From NCBI GenBank assembly GCA_965205265.1, contig CBDBGH010000003.1:480001-544000 (forward strand): a stretch of 64,000 bases of DNA. The letters run 5' to 3'. Source of the DNA: Alphaproteobacteria bacterium. Its GTDB lineage: Bacteria > Pseudomonadota > Alphaproteobacteria > Bin95. Each line of letters begins with the position of its first letter. Positions within the stretch are counted from its first letter, which is position 1. This document shows positions 30,394-40,105 of the stretch, piece by piece. Made by a program: the position numbers and the translations under genes. The notes under the pieces are model-generated. The model was not told the origin of the DNA. It saw only the letters and a program-made list of their open reading frames with translations, and did no database searches.

Positions 30394-31533
30394 ATGCCGC
30401 TCTCAGGCGTGCGCGTCGTCGAACTCGCGCAGATCATCGCCGGCCCCGTCGTCGGGCAGGTGCTGGCGGAGCTGGGCGCCGACGTCATCAAGGTCGAGCG
30501 CCCCGAGGGTGACGAGTCGCGCCGCTGGACGCCGCCGGTCTGGTTCGGCGCAGCACCCACCTTCCACGGCGTCAACCGCTCCAAGCGGTCCGTGTCGCTG
30601 GACCTGATGACGGAGGATGGCCGCGCGGGGCTGCTGAAGCTGGTGCGCGGCGCCGATGTGTTCGTGCAGAACCTCCGGCCCGGCGTCACGGCGAAGCTCG
30701 GCCTCGGCCCGGCGGACCTGCTGCGCGAGAACCCGCGGCTGGTCTATTGCGACATGGGCGCCTTCGGCCACAAGGGGCCGAAGCGGCTCGACCCCGGCTT
30801 CGAGGTCCTGTTCCAGGCGTTCTCCGGGCTGATGGACAATACGGGCGACCCGGACGGGCAGCCGATGCGCCTGGGGGCGGCGGTCTGCGACCTCGGCACC
30901 GGCCTCTGGACGGCGCTCGGCGCGCTGGCGGGCCTGCGCCAGCGGGAGACGACGGGCAAGGGCGTCGTCGTCAACACCTCGCTGCTCGAAACGGCGATGT
31001 TCCTGCTGACCACGCAATTCGTCTCCCACAAGGCGACCGGAAAGCGGCCCGTGCGCCACCCGACCGGCAGCCCCCGCGTGGTCGTGTTCGAGGCGTTCGA
31101 CGCCGCCGACGGGCGCATCCTGATTACCGCAGCGACGGACCGGCTCTTCAAGCGGCTCGGGCTGGCGCTCGGCCGCAGCGACTGGGCCGAGAGCCCGGCA
31201 TTCGAGGGCAATGCCGCGCGCATGGCGCGGCACGGCGAGATCGTGCGCGACCTCCGGGCGGTGCTGGCGGCGGGCCGCGTGCGGGAATGGATGGAGGTCT
31301 TCGAGGCTGCGGGCGTTCCGGCCTCGCCCATCAACAATCTGGCGGACGCGCTCGAGGAGCCGCAGGTGCGGGCGCTCGACATGGTCGTCGATGTGCCGGA
31401 GCGCGACGGCATGCAGGCGCTGGCGCTGCCGATCTCCTTCGACAGCCGGCGCCCGGCGATCCGCGCGCCGGCGCCCGGCCTCGGCGCGGACAACGCGCTC
31501 CTGGACCTCGACGACCCCTGGTCCGGCGCTTGA
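30394..31533 (+). CDS. CaiB/BaiF CoA-transferase
   Basis: PLSGVRVVEL, LAELGADVIKVERP, NRSKRS, QNLRPG. Confidence 0.92.
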   Translation: MPLSGVRVVELAQIIAGPVVGQVLAELGADVIKVERPEGDESRRWTPPVWFGAAPTFHGVNRSKRSVSLDLMTEDGRAGLLKLVRGADVFVQNLRPGVTAKLGLGPADLLRENPRLVYCDMGAFGHKGPKRLDPGFEVLFQAFSGLMDNTGDPDGQPMRLGAAVCDLGTGLWTALGALAGLRQRETTGKGVVVNTSLLETAMFLLTTQFVSHKATGKRPVRHPTGSPRVVVFEAFDAADGRILITAATDRLFKRLGLALGRSDWAESPAFEGNAARMARHGEIVRDLRAVLAAGRVREWMEVFEAAGVPASPINNLADALEEPQVRALDMVVDVPERDGMQALALPISFDSRRPAIRAPAPGLGADNALLDLDDPWSGA

Positions 31534-31558
31534 CAGCGGCGGGAGGCGAGCCTAGACG
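31530..31558 (+). promoter_or_regulatory. sigma70 promoter of tRNA-Val
   Basis: TTGACA-N17-TAGACG ending 12 nt before the tRNA. Confidence 0.6.
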
Positions 31559-31570
31559 ACCCGTCTTTCC

Positions 31571-31645
31571 GGGCGCGTAGCTCAGCGGGAGAGCACTGTC
31601 TTCACACGGCAGGGGTCGCTGGTTCAAACCCAGCCGCGCCCACCA
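31571..31645 (+). tRNA. tRNA-Val(CAC)
   Basis: Acceptor stem GGGCGCG/CGCGCCC-A-CCA; D arm GCTC/GAGC; anticodon arm CTGTC-TTCACAC-GGCAG; T loop GGTTCAAA. Confidence 0.96.
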
Positions 31646-31671
31646 TCCACCCTGTTGCAGGACCCGGACCC

Positions 31672-31827
31672 ATGCGCAAACGGAGGCCGCCGCCGAAACG
31701 GCGCAACCCGATGGCCCGCATGGTGCGCACCCTGCGCCCGCAACGGGTCCGGAACCGCAAGGCCTACACACGCAAGGGGCGCCGCAAGGCGCCCGGTTTC
31801 GTTCCGGACCCCGCCGCGCCGGAGTGA
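31672..31827 (+). CDS. small basic protein, putative ArfA-like ribosome rescue factor (not in ORF track)
   Basis: MRKRRPPPKRRNPMARMVRTLRPQRVRNRKAYTRKGRRKAPGFVPDPAAPE; AGGA upstream; internal hairpins before the stop. Confidence 0.6.
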   Translation: MRKRRPPPKRRNPMARMVRTLRPQRVRNRKAYTRKGRRKAPGFVPDPAAPE

Positions 31828-31896
31828 CGATGCGGCGCGTCTCTGCGGCGTTCGGGGCGTAGCGCCGGCGCCTGCTTTGGGCCAGTCTGCCGGGTC

Positions 31897-32937
31897 ATGG
31901 ACCTGCATCTCTTCATCGGCAACGAGCATCCCCCCGACGCCGATATGGGCGGGAAGATGGCTGAGCATGTCGAGCAGTTGCGCCTCGCCCGCCAGGGCGG
32001 CTTCGAGGGCGTCGCCATCGGCAACCACCTCTCCTACGGCGACACCGCCTGGTTCCCGCCGCTGGAGACCCTGCTCCATCTCGCGCCCGAGGCCGGGGAC
32101 ATGCAGCTCGCCACCTGCATGCTCATCCTGCCGCTCTACCATCCCTTCCAGATCGCCGAGCAGGCGGCGCTGCTGGATGCGGTATCCGGCGGCAGGTTCA
32201 CGCTCGGCGTGGCGCCCGGCTGGCAGCGGGACGAATTCGAGTTGATGGGCCTCGATTTCGGGCGCCGGATCGGCCGCTACCTGGAAGGGGTCGATTTGGT
32301 CCGCCGGCTGTTCACGGAGGAGGCGGTGAACTTCGCCGGCAGGCATTTCACCGCGGAGGACCTGACCCTTGCGCTCAGGCCCGCGCGCCGGCCCCGGCCG
32401 CCCATGTGGTTCGGCGGCAGCGTCGATGCGGCGGTGGAGCGGGCCGGCCGGCTGGCCGACACGCGCCTCGGCGACAGCTGGGTCGCCTCCTCGCATCTGG
32501 TGGGCGATGTCGTCAGGCGCCAGGCGGACTGCTTCCGCGAGACGCTGGAGGCGCTCGGCAAGCCCATGCCCGCCCGCTTCCCGATGCTGCGCAATATCGT
32601 CGTCGCGCCGGACCGGGAGACGGCGGTCCGCGAGGCGGGGCCGTTCCTGGAGGCGAGCTACCGGGTCTTCGACCGGTGGGGCCTGTTCCGCACCATCGGC
32701 GGCGTCGGCAAGGAAGAGCCGGATCTCGACGAGCTGCTCGCCGGGCGGGTGGTCATGGGCTCGCCGGAGGAAGTCGCGGATGCACTGCTCTCGCTGGCGG
32801 AAGCGACCGGCTGCAACCGCATCGTGACGCGCATCCAGTGGCTCGGCATGGACCAGCGGCTCGTGCTCCGCAGCATCGACTTGCTCAGCGAGCGGGTTCT
32901 GCCGATGCTCCGCAGGGAAACGCGCGGCGAAGCCTGA
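31897..32937 (+). CDS. LLM class flavin-dependent oxidoreductase
   Basis: LYHPFQIAEQAALLDAVSGGRFTLGV, PRPPMWFGG, MGSPEEV. Confidence 0.9.
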   Translation: MDLHLFIGNEHPPDADMGGKMAEHVEQLRLARQGGFEGVAIGNHLSYGDTAWFPPLETLLHLAPEAGDMQLATCMLILPLYHPFQIAEQAALLDAVSGGRFTLGVAPGWQRDEFELMGLDFGRRIGRYLEGVDLVRRLFTEEAVNFAGRHFTAEDLTLALRPARRPRPPMWFGGSVDAAVERAGRLADTRLGDSWVASSHLVGDVVRRQADCFRETLEALGKPMPARFPMLRNIVVAPDRETAVREAGPFLEASYRVFDRWGLFRTIGGVGKEEPDLDELLAGRVVMGSPEEVADALLSLAEATGCNRIVTRIQWLGMDQRLVLRSIDLLSERVLPMLRRETRGEA

Positions 32938-32950
32938 GGAAGAGGGTGCG

Positions 32951-33391
32951 ATGACGGAGATTCACAGGGGCGGCTGCCATTGCGGCAATATCCGCGTGGC
33001 CTACCGCACGGCGAAGCCCGTCGCGGAATGGCCGATCCGGGCCTGCCAGTGCAGCTTCTGCCGCAAGCACGGCGTGCGCGCGACCGGCGACCCCGACGGG
33101 CTGCTGGAGATCGCGATTGCCGACGAGGCGAAGGTGGACCGCTACCGCTTCGGCCTCGGCATCACCGACTTCCTCATCTGCCGGGCCTGCGGCGTCTATG
33201 TCTCGGCGCTGGTGGAGGAGCCGGACGGCCTGCTGGCGACCCTGATCGTCAACACGCTCGACCTGCCGCAGGACGAGTTTCCCGACCCGATCCCGGCTCA
33301 CTATGACGATGAGAACGAAGAACAGCGCCTCGCAAGACGCCGCCTGCGCTGGACGCCGGCTGCCATGGTTCCGCCGGCGGCGCCCGCCTGA
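32951..33391 (+). CDS. GFA family (aldehyde-activating) Zn protein
   Basis: GGCHCGNI, ACQCSFCRK, CRACG. Confidence 0.88.
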   Translation: MTEIHRGGCHCGNIRVAYRTAKPVAEWPIRACQCSFCRKHGVRATGDPDGLLEIAIADEAKVDRYRFGLGITDFLICRACGVYVSALVEEPDGLLATLIVNTLDLPQDEFPDPIPAHYDDENEEQRLARRRLRWTPAAMVPPAAPA

Positions 33392-33426
33392 CGACGCAAG
33401 AATCCGACTACTGGGAGGAAGTTTCC

Positions 33427-34401
33427 ATGCCGCTCGACAGCCCCGTCATCGTGGACGGCCTGATCGTTTCCGACTGGAGCCGCGAGGTCTTCGAGGAGAT
33501 GCGCGACGGCGGGCTCACCGCCGCCAATTGCACCTGCGCCGTCTGGCACAATTTCCGCGAGACGATGGACAATATCGCCGCCTGGCAGGGATATTTCCGC
33601 GACCATAGCGACATTCTGGCCCAGGCCCGCTCGGTCGCCGACATCCGCGCGGCGAAGGAGGCGGGCAGGGTCGCCATCTTCCTCGGCTGGCAGAACAGCT
33701 ATCCCATCGAGGACCGGGTGGACTACCTGCCGCTCTTCCACGATCTCGGCGTGCGCGTGATCCAGCTCACCTACAACACGCAGAACCTCGTCGGCTCCGG
33801 CTGCTGGGAGAGCCGGGACAGCGGCCTCTCGGATTTCGGGCGCGACGTGATCGACGAGATGAACCGCCTCGGCATGCTGGTCGATCTCAGCCATGTCGGC
33901 GACGGGACGAGCCGCGACGCCATCCTGCATTCGAAGCAGCCGGTGGCCTACACGCACTGCGCGCCCAACGCGCTCTACGACCATCCGCGCAACAAGCCGG
34001 ACGAGATGCTGAAGCTGATCTCCGACCGGGGCGGCTTCACCGGCGTCGTCGCCTACACGCCCTTCATGGCGCAGCAGGGCGAGGCAACGGTGGACGACGT
34101 GGTGGCGCTGCTCGACCACACCATCCGCGTGGCGGGGGAGGAGAACGTCGGCATCGGCACCGACTTCACCCAGGGCCACGGCGTCGGCTTCTTCGAATAT
34201 CTGCGCTCCGACAAGGGCCGCGGCCGCGCGCTCTCCGCGCCCATGGCCAACCGCCCGCCCAATCCGAAGGGCCTCGACGGCATGCGCGACTACCCGAACC
34301 TGATCGCTGCCATGGACCGCGCCGGCTGGCCGGACGCGCGGATCGAAAAGGTCGCCGGAGAAAACTGGCTGCGGTTTCTGGGGGAGGTGTGGCGGGGCTA
34401 G
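33427..34401 (+). CDS. membrane dipeptidase (M19) family protein
   Basis: GVRVIQLTYN, MNRLGMLVDLSH, HPRNKPD, GIGTDF, GENWLR. Confidence 0.9.
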   Translation: MPLDSPVIVDGLIVSDWSREVFEEMRDGGLTAANCTCAVWHNFRETMDNIAAWQGYFRDHSDILAQARSVADIRAAKEAGRVAIFLGWQNSYPIEDRVDYLPLFHDLGVRVIQLTYNTQNLVGSGCWESRDSGLSDFGRDVIDEMNRLGMLVDLSHVGDGTSRDAILHSKQPVAYTHCAPNALYDHPRNKPDEMLKLISDRGGFTGVVAYTPFMAQQGEATVDDVVALLDHTIRVAGEENVGIGTDFTQGHGVGFFEYLRSDKGRGRALSAPMANRPPNPKGLDGMRDYPNLIAAMDRAGWPDARIEKVAGENWLRFLGEVWRG

Positions 34402-34484
34402 GGCATTCGTGACGATACAGATCGGATCGATTCCGCCATCCATCTATACGCCAGGCCCGCAGCGCTTGGGTGACTCCGGACGGG

Positions 34485-35207
34485 TTACATCGCCACGCCC
34501 AGTTGCCGCGCCATGTCGGGGAAGCTGTCGGCGACGATGTCGTGGGCCGGATTCGGGTCGCGGTCGGGCGGGCCTTCGGGGCCCCACTCGTCGGGCCGCT
34601 TCACGAACGCGGTCCTGAAGCCGCAGCCCTTCGCGGCGTCGAGGTCGAAATTGTGGCAGGCCACCATGCATATTTCGCCCGGTTCCAGCTGCAGGAACTT
34701 TGCGACGGCGTTGTAGGCCTCCGGCAGAATTTTGTACTTGCCGATCGCCTCGCAGGAGAAGACGGCGTCCCAGCCAAGCCCGTTGCGCCTTGCCGTGTCC
34801 ATGATGATCCGGAAGCTGAGGATCGTGAACGATGCGCACAGGAATTTCTCGCGGAGCTTCGGCAGGGTGGCCGGGAAATCGGGCCAGCACTGCAGATTGT
34901 GCATCGTGTCGTAACCGATCGCGCGGCGCTCGTTCTCGGTGAAGGCGTCGAGTCCGTGCTCCTCGACAAGGCTCTCCAGCGCCATCCGGTGGGCGTCGTC
35001 GATGTTGTAGGCCGGCGGCTCCCTTTCGCCCAGATTAATCATCTTCCCGAGCGAGCGGCGCCGGAACTCGTTGGCGATATGAGCCCAGTCCTTCTCGATC
35101 CCGTGCCTGGCGCCGGTCTCGGCCAATGCGCCTTTGACGCCGGAATGCCAGTCGAGAATGGTCCCGCCCGTGTCGAAAGTCAGGGCCTTAACACCTGCCA
35201 GGCTCAT
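34485..35207 (-). CDS. haloacid dehalogenase type II-like HAD hydrolase
   Basis: FDTGGTILDW, MVACHNFDL, TAFVKRP.EWG. Confidence 0.88.
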   Translation of the reverse strand: MSLAGVKALTFDTGGTILDWHSGVKGALAETGARHGIEKDWAHIANEFRRRSLGKMINLGEREPPAYNIDDAHRMALESLVEEHGLDAFTENERRAIGYDTMHNLQCWPDFPATLPKLREKFLCASFTILSFRIIMDTARRNGLGWDAVFSCEAIGKYKILPEAYNAVAKFLQLEPGEICMVACHNFDLDAAKGCGFRTAFVKRPDEWGPEGPPDRDPNPAHDIVADSFPDMARQLGVAM

Positions 35208-35322
35208 TGCGGCCTCCCCCGAAATTGCTACGGCAACAATTTCATGCGCCGCCGCCAACCGCAATCGGCGGCTTCGCGAGCGGGCATTCTCCGTTCCGCC
35301 TGAGTGCGGGCCTGTTCGCGCT

Positions 35323-36510
35323 TCACGTGACCCGCGCGCGGGTCTGGTATTTCGGGTCGCGCCAGAGTTCCTGCGCGATCACGGTTTCGAGAGTTTCGGC
35401 GGCTGCCAGCACGTCCGCCTCGTCGATATAGAGGGGCGTGAAGCCGAAGCGCATGATGTCGGGCGCGCGGAAGTCCCCGATCACGCCCCGGTCGATCAGC
35501 GCCTGCATCGCCGGATAGCCGTGCTCGAAGGCGAAGGAGACCTGCGAGCCGCGTTCGGCCGGGTTGCGCGGCGAGGCCAGCGCGAGGCCCGGGCAGCGGG
35601 CCTCGACCTCGGCGATGAACCGTTCCGAGAGCGCGATGGAGGCCGCGCGAATCTCCGCCATATCGACGCCCTCCCACACATCCAGCGCCCGGTCGAGGAT
35701 GGCGAGCTGCACGATGGACGGCGTGCCGACCCGGAGCCGCTCGGTTGACATGGCGGGGCGGTAGCTCCGCTCCATGGCGAAGGGCGCCTCATGGCCGAGC
35801 CAGCCGGCCAGCGCCGGCTCCACCGCCTCGACGATATCCGGGCGGACATAGATGAAGGCCGGGGCGCCGGGCCCGCCGTTCAGATATTTGTAGGTGCAGC
35901 CGACGGCGAACTCGGCCCGGCACCCGGCCATGTCGATGGGCACCGCGCCGGCGCTGTGGGCGAGGTCCCAGATCGTCACCGCGCCCGCGGCGCGGGCGGC
36001 CCGGGTGATGGCGTCCATGTCGTGCATCCGGCCGGTGCGGTAGTCGACCTGCGTCAGCATGACCGCCGCCACGTCGTCGGCAATGCAGTCCGGCACGGCT
36101 TCGGGCGCCGGCGTGCGCAGCTCGTAATCCTTGCCGATAGTGCGGATCAGCCCCTCGGCCATGTAGAGGTCGGAGGGGAAATTGCCCGAGTCGGAGAGAA
36201 TCGCTTTGCGGCCGGGACGCATGCTGAGCGCGGCTGCAAGCGCCTGATAGACCTTGATCGAGAGTGTGTCGCCGGTTGCGACGGAGCCTTGCGGCGCGCC
36301 GATCAGCGGGGCGATCCGGTCGCCCACACGGTTCGGAAGCGCCATCCAGCCGGCCGTGTTCCAGGCGCGGATGAGCTCCTTCGCCCATTCCTCGCCGATC
36401 ACGGTCTGCGCGCGTTCGAGAGCGCCCTTCGGCAGCGGCCCCAGGGAGTTGCCGTCGAGATAGACCACCCCGTCGGGCAGGTGGAAAAGCTCTTTCCTCG
36501 GCAGGTTCAT
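35323..36510 (-). CDS. kynU: kynureninase
   Basis: YLDGNSLG, WDLAHSAG, GCTYKYLNGGPG, RGSQVS, GDFRAPD. Confidence 0.95.
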   Translation of the reverse strand: MNLPRKELFHLPDGVVYLDGNSLGPLPKGALERAQTVIGEEWAKELIRAWNTAGWMALPNRVGDRIAPLIGAPQGSVATGDTLSIKVYQALAAALSMRPGRKAILSDSGNFPSDLYMAEGLIRTIGKDYELRTPAPEAVPDCIADDVAAVMLTQVDYRTGRMHDMDAITRAARAAGAVTIWDLAHSAGAVPIDMAGCRAEFAVGCTYKYLNGGPGAPAFIYVRPDIVEAVEPALAGWLGHEAPFAMERSYRPAMSTERLRVGTPSIVQLAILDRALDVWEGVDMAEIRAASIALSERFIAEVEARCPGLALASPRNPAERGSQVSFAFEHGYPAMQALIDRGVIGDFRAPDIMRFGFTPLYIDEADVLAAAETLETVIAQELWRDPKYQTRARVT

Positions 36511-36885
36511 GGCTCAGAAGTCTCCGCGCGCATACCGGAATTCGCTCTTCCGGCGCCGGACGGTGAACGGCATCCCGTCATGGACATCGCTCAGCGGACG
36601 CTGCCGGCCGGGCAGGCGGTCCCGCTTCGGATAGCCGCTGCAGGACATCGCCTCGGCGGGAGCCGCCTGCGCGCCGCCAGCACCCCGGATCGTAAGCCCC
36701 GCCGCTCATGGAGTTCCTTCCGGCCTGCACCGTCGGACCTTGTTGTATCCCGAAGCGGCAGGCCTGTCGTCATGCGCGCGGTTTGCGAGTCTGCCGGGGA
36801 CGGGCGCCCGATTGACGGCGGAGCCGGTCGCCATATGCTCGGCCCGGGCCGGTCTTCGTGTCGGCGTGAACAAGGGGAAATCTCA

Positions 36886-38022
36886 ATGAAACCGGGTCGG
36901 GTGGCGTTCGGGCGGATGGAGGCGGTGAGCTTCGGCGCGCCGCTGGAGCAGGCGGTAGCCGAGGAGGCGGAGCGGCTGGGTGCGGAGCGCATCTTCCTGA
37001 TGGTGAGCGGTACGCTGGGCCGCGAGACCGGCGAGATCGAAAAGCTGCGCCGCGCGCTCGGCAACAAGGTTGCGGGCCAGTTCGACCGCATGAGGCCGCA
37101 CACGCCCCGCGGCGACGTGATCGACGCGGCGGACACCGCCCGCGCCGCCGATGCCGACCTCATCGTCACCTTCGGCGGCGGCTCGCTGACCGACGGCGCG
37201 AAGGCGGTGCGGATGTGCCTTGCCAACGATATCCGCAAGCCGGAGGAGATGGACGCGCTGCGCGATCCGGCGGCCGGGCCCGCGATTCCGCAGGTCTCGA
37301 TTCCGACCACGCTTTCGGCCGGCGAGTTCAGCGCCATTGCGGGCGTCACGGACGAGCGCGTGAAGCTGAAGGAGCTGTTCCGCCATCCGGACGCCATCCC
37401 GAGCGCGGTCATTCTCGACCCGGCGCCGACCGTGCACACGCCGGAATGGCTCTTCCTCTCGACGGGCGTGCGCGCGGTGGACCATTGCGTCGAGGGGGTG
37501 TGCTCCGGCGAGGCGCATGCCTATGGCGACGCGCAGGCGCTCCGCGGGCTGGCGCTGCTGACGGAGGGCCTCGCGCGGGTGAAGGCGGACCCGGCCGACA
37601 TCGAGGCGCGGCTCGACTGCCAGGTGGGCTCGTGGCTCTCGATGGCGCCGCTCGCTAGCGGCGTGCCGATGGGCGCCAGCCACGGCATCGGCTATGTGCT
37701 GGGCGCGGTGTTCGACACGCCGCACGGCCACACCTCCTGCATCATGCTGCCCTTCGTGATGCGCTGGAACCGCTCGGCCAATGCGGAACGCCAGAAGCTG
37801 GTGGCCGCGGCGATGGGCCACCCGGATGCGGATGCGGGCGACCTGCTGGACCGTTTCATCGCCGGCCTCGGCATGCCGCGCAGCCTCTCGGCCGCGGGCG
37901 TCGGGCGCGAGCATTTCGGGATGATCGCGGAACAGGCGATGGGCACCCCCTGGGTGCCGCGCAACCCGCGCCCCATCGAAGGGCCCGCGCAGGTCATGGA
38001 AATCCTGGAGCTGGCGGCCTGA
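36886..38022 (+). CDS. iron-containing alcohol dehydrogenase (maleylacetate reductase-like)
   Basis: GGGSLTDGAK, IPTTLSAGEF, AVDHCVE, SHGIGY, PHG. Confidence 0.9.
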   Translation: MKPGRVAFGRMEAVSFGAPLEQAVAEEAERLGAERIFLMVSGTLGRETGEIEKLRRALGNKVAGQFDRMRPHTPRGDVIDAADTARAADADLIVTFGGGSLTDGAKAVRMCLANDIRKPEEMDALRDPAAGPAIPQVSIPTTLSAGEFSAIAGVTDERVKLKELFRHPDAIPSAVILDPAPTVHTPEWLFLSTGVRAVDHCVEGVCSGEAHAYGDAQALRGLALLTEGLARVKADPADIEARLDCQVGSWLSMAPLASGVPMGASHGIGYVLGAVFDTPHGHTSCIMLPFVMRWNRSANAERQKLVAAAMGHPDADAGDLLDRFIAGLGMPRSLSAAGVGREHFGMIAEQAMGTPWVPRNPRPIEGPAQVMEILELAA

Positions 38023-38405
38023 GGCCGCCGCTCCGGCAGACGGCAGCAAGAGGAGACGCGCGGCCATGCCGATCATCGACGCGCAGGTGCATGCCTATGA
38101 ACGCGACCGGCCCGGCCGGCCCTGGGCGGGCACGCTTGCCGGGCCGGCGGAGGTCACCGGCTCCGACATGGTGGCCGCTATGGATGCGGTGGGCGTGGAC
38201 GGGGCGGTGCTCGTCTCGCCTTACTCCATGTACCGCTATGACGAGAGCTACGCGCTGCAGGTGTATGCGGAGCATCCGGGCCGCTTCTGCCTCGTCAAGC
38301 CGGTCGATCCGGAGGGGTGCACGTCCTGATTTTGCGAGGTTGAGAAATGCCATGGTTCCGCCACGATATCTGTTTCTTATATTCGGGGGGCAGATGGAGG
38401 CGGAC

Positions 38406-38825
38406 ATGGCCAGGACCGATCACGACGGCCTCGTCGAACAGCGTGGCGAGCTGCTGCGGGAGATTGCGGGCATCGGCGACCTCCGTCAGGGTTCGCTCAG
38501 GGCACAGTACCGCAAGTGCGGCAAACCGAACTGCCATTGCGCGGTCGAGGGGGCGCAGGGGCATGGCCCCTACTGGTTGTTGACCTGGCCGGACAGGGAG
38601 ACGGGGAAGTCCCGCGGCCGCACCGTTCCCGCCGACGCCATTGAGGGAACGCGGGCGCAGATCGCGGAATACCAGCGGCTTCGCGGTCTGGTGCGCGCGC
38701 TTGTCGAGGTCAGCGGCCGGATATGCGATGCCAGGCTGGACGCGGACAAGCCGGCCGCGCCGGGAAAAAGGGGGGTCTCGACGCAGCGATCGCGGAGGAG
38801 GTCGAGGCCGAGGTCGAGTGGCTGA
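38406..38825 (+). CDS. IS orfA (DUF6788-like, Cys/His motif)
   Basis: GSL...YRKCGKPNCHC...HGPYW; GGAGG RBS. Confidence 0.8.
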   Translation: MARTDHDGLVEQRGELLREIAGIGDLRQGSLRAQYRKCGKPNCHCAVEGAQGHGPYWLLTWPDRETGKSRGRTVPADAIEGTRAQIAEYQRLRGLVRALVEVSGRICDARLDADKPAAPGKRGVSTQRSRRRSRPRSSG

Positions 38826-40105
38826 TCGGCGCGGGCGTCGTCGATGACTTCCAGGCGATCGAGATCGAAGCGCGGCGGGTTGCGTTGCAGATCATGGGGC
38901 AGGCCGTCGCCCACAGGCTCAATGCCGACCGTTCCGACAACCGGGGACCGTGGCTGTCGTGTGCGTGCGGCGGCGAGGCGCGCTTCGCCGGCCGCCGGCC
39001 CAAGACCTTCACCACCGCTCTCGGCCCTCTGACGCTGGAGCGCGCCTGGTATCACTGCGACCGTTGCCACCGCGGCTTCAGCCCGCGTGATCGAACCCTC
39101 GGCATGCAAGATACTTTCCTCTCACCGGCGGCGCTGCGCATGATCGGCGTTGCTGCTGCCCGTACCAGCTTCGAGGGCTCCAGCGCCCTGTTGCGCGAAC
39201 TGGCAGGCCTGGCTGTCGCGCCGAAGACGGTCGAACGCCATGCCGAGGCGCTCGGGCGAGAGATCGCAGGCGACGAATGCCGCGTGATCGAACCCGAGCC
39301 GTCCGACGCCCCCACCCTCTATCTCGGCCTCGACGGCACCGGCGTGCCGGCGCGCAAGACCGAGGTCGAGGGCCGCGCGGGCAAGCAGCCCGACGGCTCC
39401 GCCAGCACCCGCGAGGCCAAGCTCGCCGTCGTGTGGTCGGCGGAGACCGTCGACAGGGAGGGGCGTCCGGTGCGCGATCCCGGCTCCGCCACCTACAACG
39501 CCGCCATCGAATCCATCGCCACCCGCGAGTTCGACCCCGAGCCCGCGCCCTTCGCCCGGCGTGTCATCCGCGAGGCCGAACGCCGCGGCTTCGACACGGC
39601 CGAGCGCCGGGTCATCCTCGGCGACGGCGCGCCGTGGATCTGGAACTTCGCCGATGAGCACTTCCCCGACGCCATCCAGATCGTCGACATCTTCCATGCC
39701 AAGGGCCACCTGTTCGACGCAGCCAAGGCGATCTACGGGATCGGCAGCGAGATCGGTGAGCGATGGGCCGGGAAGCGGCGCGAGGAACTCGACGAGGGCC
39801 GCGTCGACGAGGTGATCGCCGCCCTCAAGGGCCATGCCGAAACTTGCGAGAACGCCCGGAAGAACGCCGAGTACTTCTCCAACAACCGCGAGCGCATGAA
39901 CTACCCGAAGTTCCGCGCGATGGGCTTGTGCGTGGCCAGCGGCGTGGTCGAGGGCGGCTGCAAGAACATCGTCGGCGCCCGCCTCAAGCAGGGAGGTATG
40001 CGCTGGACCGTCAACGGCGCCAACGCCATCATCGCCCTGCGCTGCGCCGTCGAGAGCAATCGCTTCGACGACTTCTGGGAACGACGAGCCGGCGCAATAC
40101 CATGA
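38723..40105 (+). CDS. ISKra4-family DDE transposase (start probably via -1 frameshift from orfA)
   Basis: CACG...CDRC zinc motif, GLDGTG, LGDGAPWIW, VDIFHA, GVVEGGCK, GMRW. Confidence 0.88.
   Translation: MRCQAGRGQAGRAGKKGGLDAAIAEEVEAEVEWLIGAGVVDDFQAIEIEARRVALQIMGQAVAHRLNADRSDNRGPWLSCACGGEARFAGRRPKTFTTALGPLTLERAWYHCDRCHRGFSPRDRTLGMQDTFLSPAALRMIGVAAARTSFEGSSALLRELAGLAVAPKTVERHAEALGREIAGDECRVIEPEPSDAPTLYLGLDGTGVPARKTEVEGRAGKQPDGSASTREAKLAVVWSAETVDREGRPVRDPGSATYNAAIESIATREFDPEPAPFARRVIREAERRGFDTAERRVILGDGAPWIWNFADEHFPDAIQIVDIFHAKGHLFDAAKAIYGIGSEIGERWAGKRREELDEGRVDEVIAALKGHAETCENARKNAEYFSNNRERMNYPKFRAMGLCVASGVVEGGCKNIVGARLKQGGMRWTVNGANAIIALRCAVESNRFDDFWERRAGAIP

Noticed and set aside
31571-31645. 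tRNA as genomic island attachment site
   Set aside because: I saw no integrase and no duplicated tRNA 3' end in the window; downstream genes look native
35791-36885. N-terminal extensions of track ORFs (ADH 743 aa; also 4485, 23523, 53311, 55666-58074, 60400)
   Set aside because: Extensions overlap other real genes; true starts with RBS lie downstream, so these are not fusions
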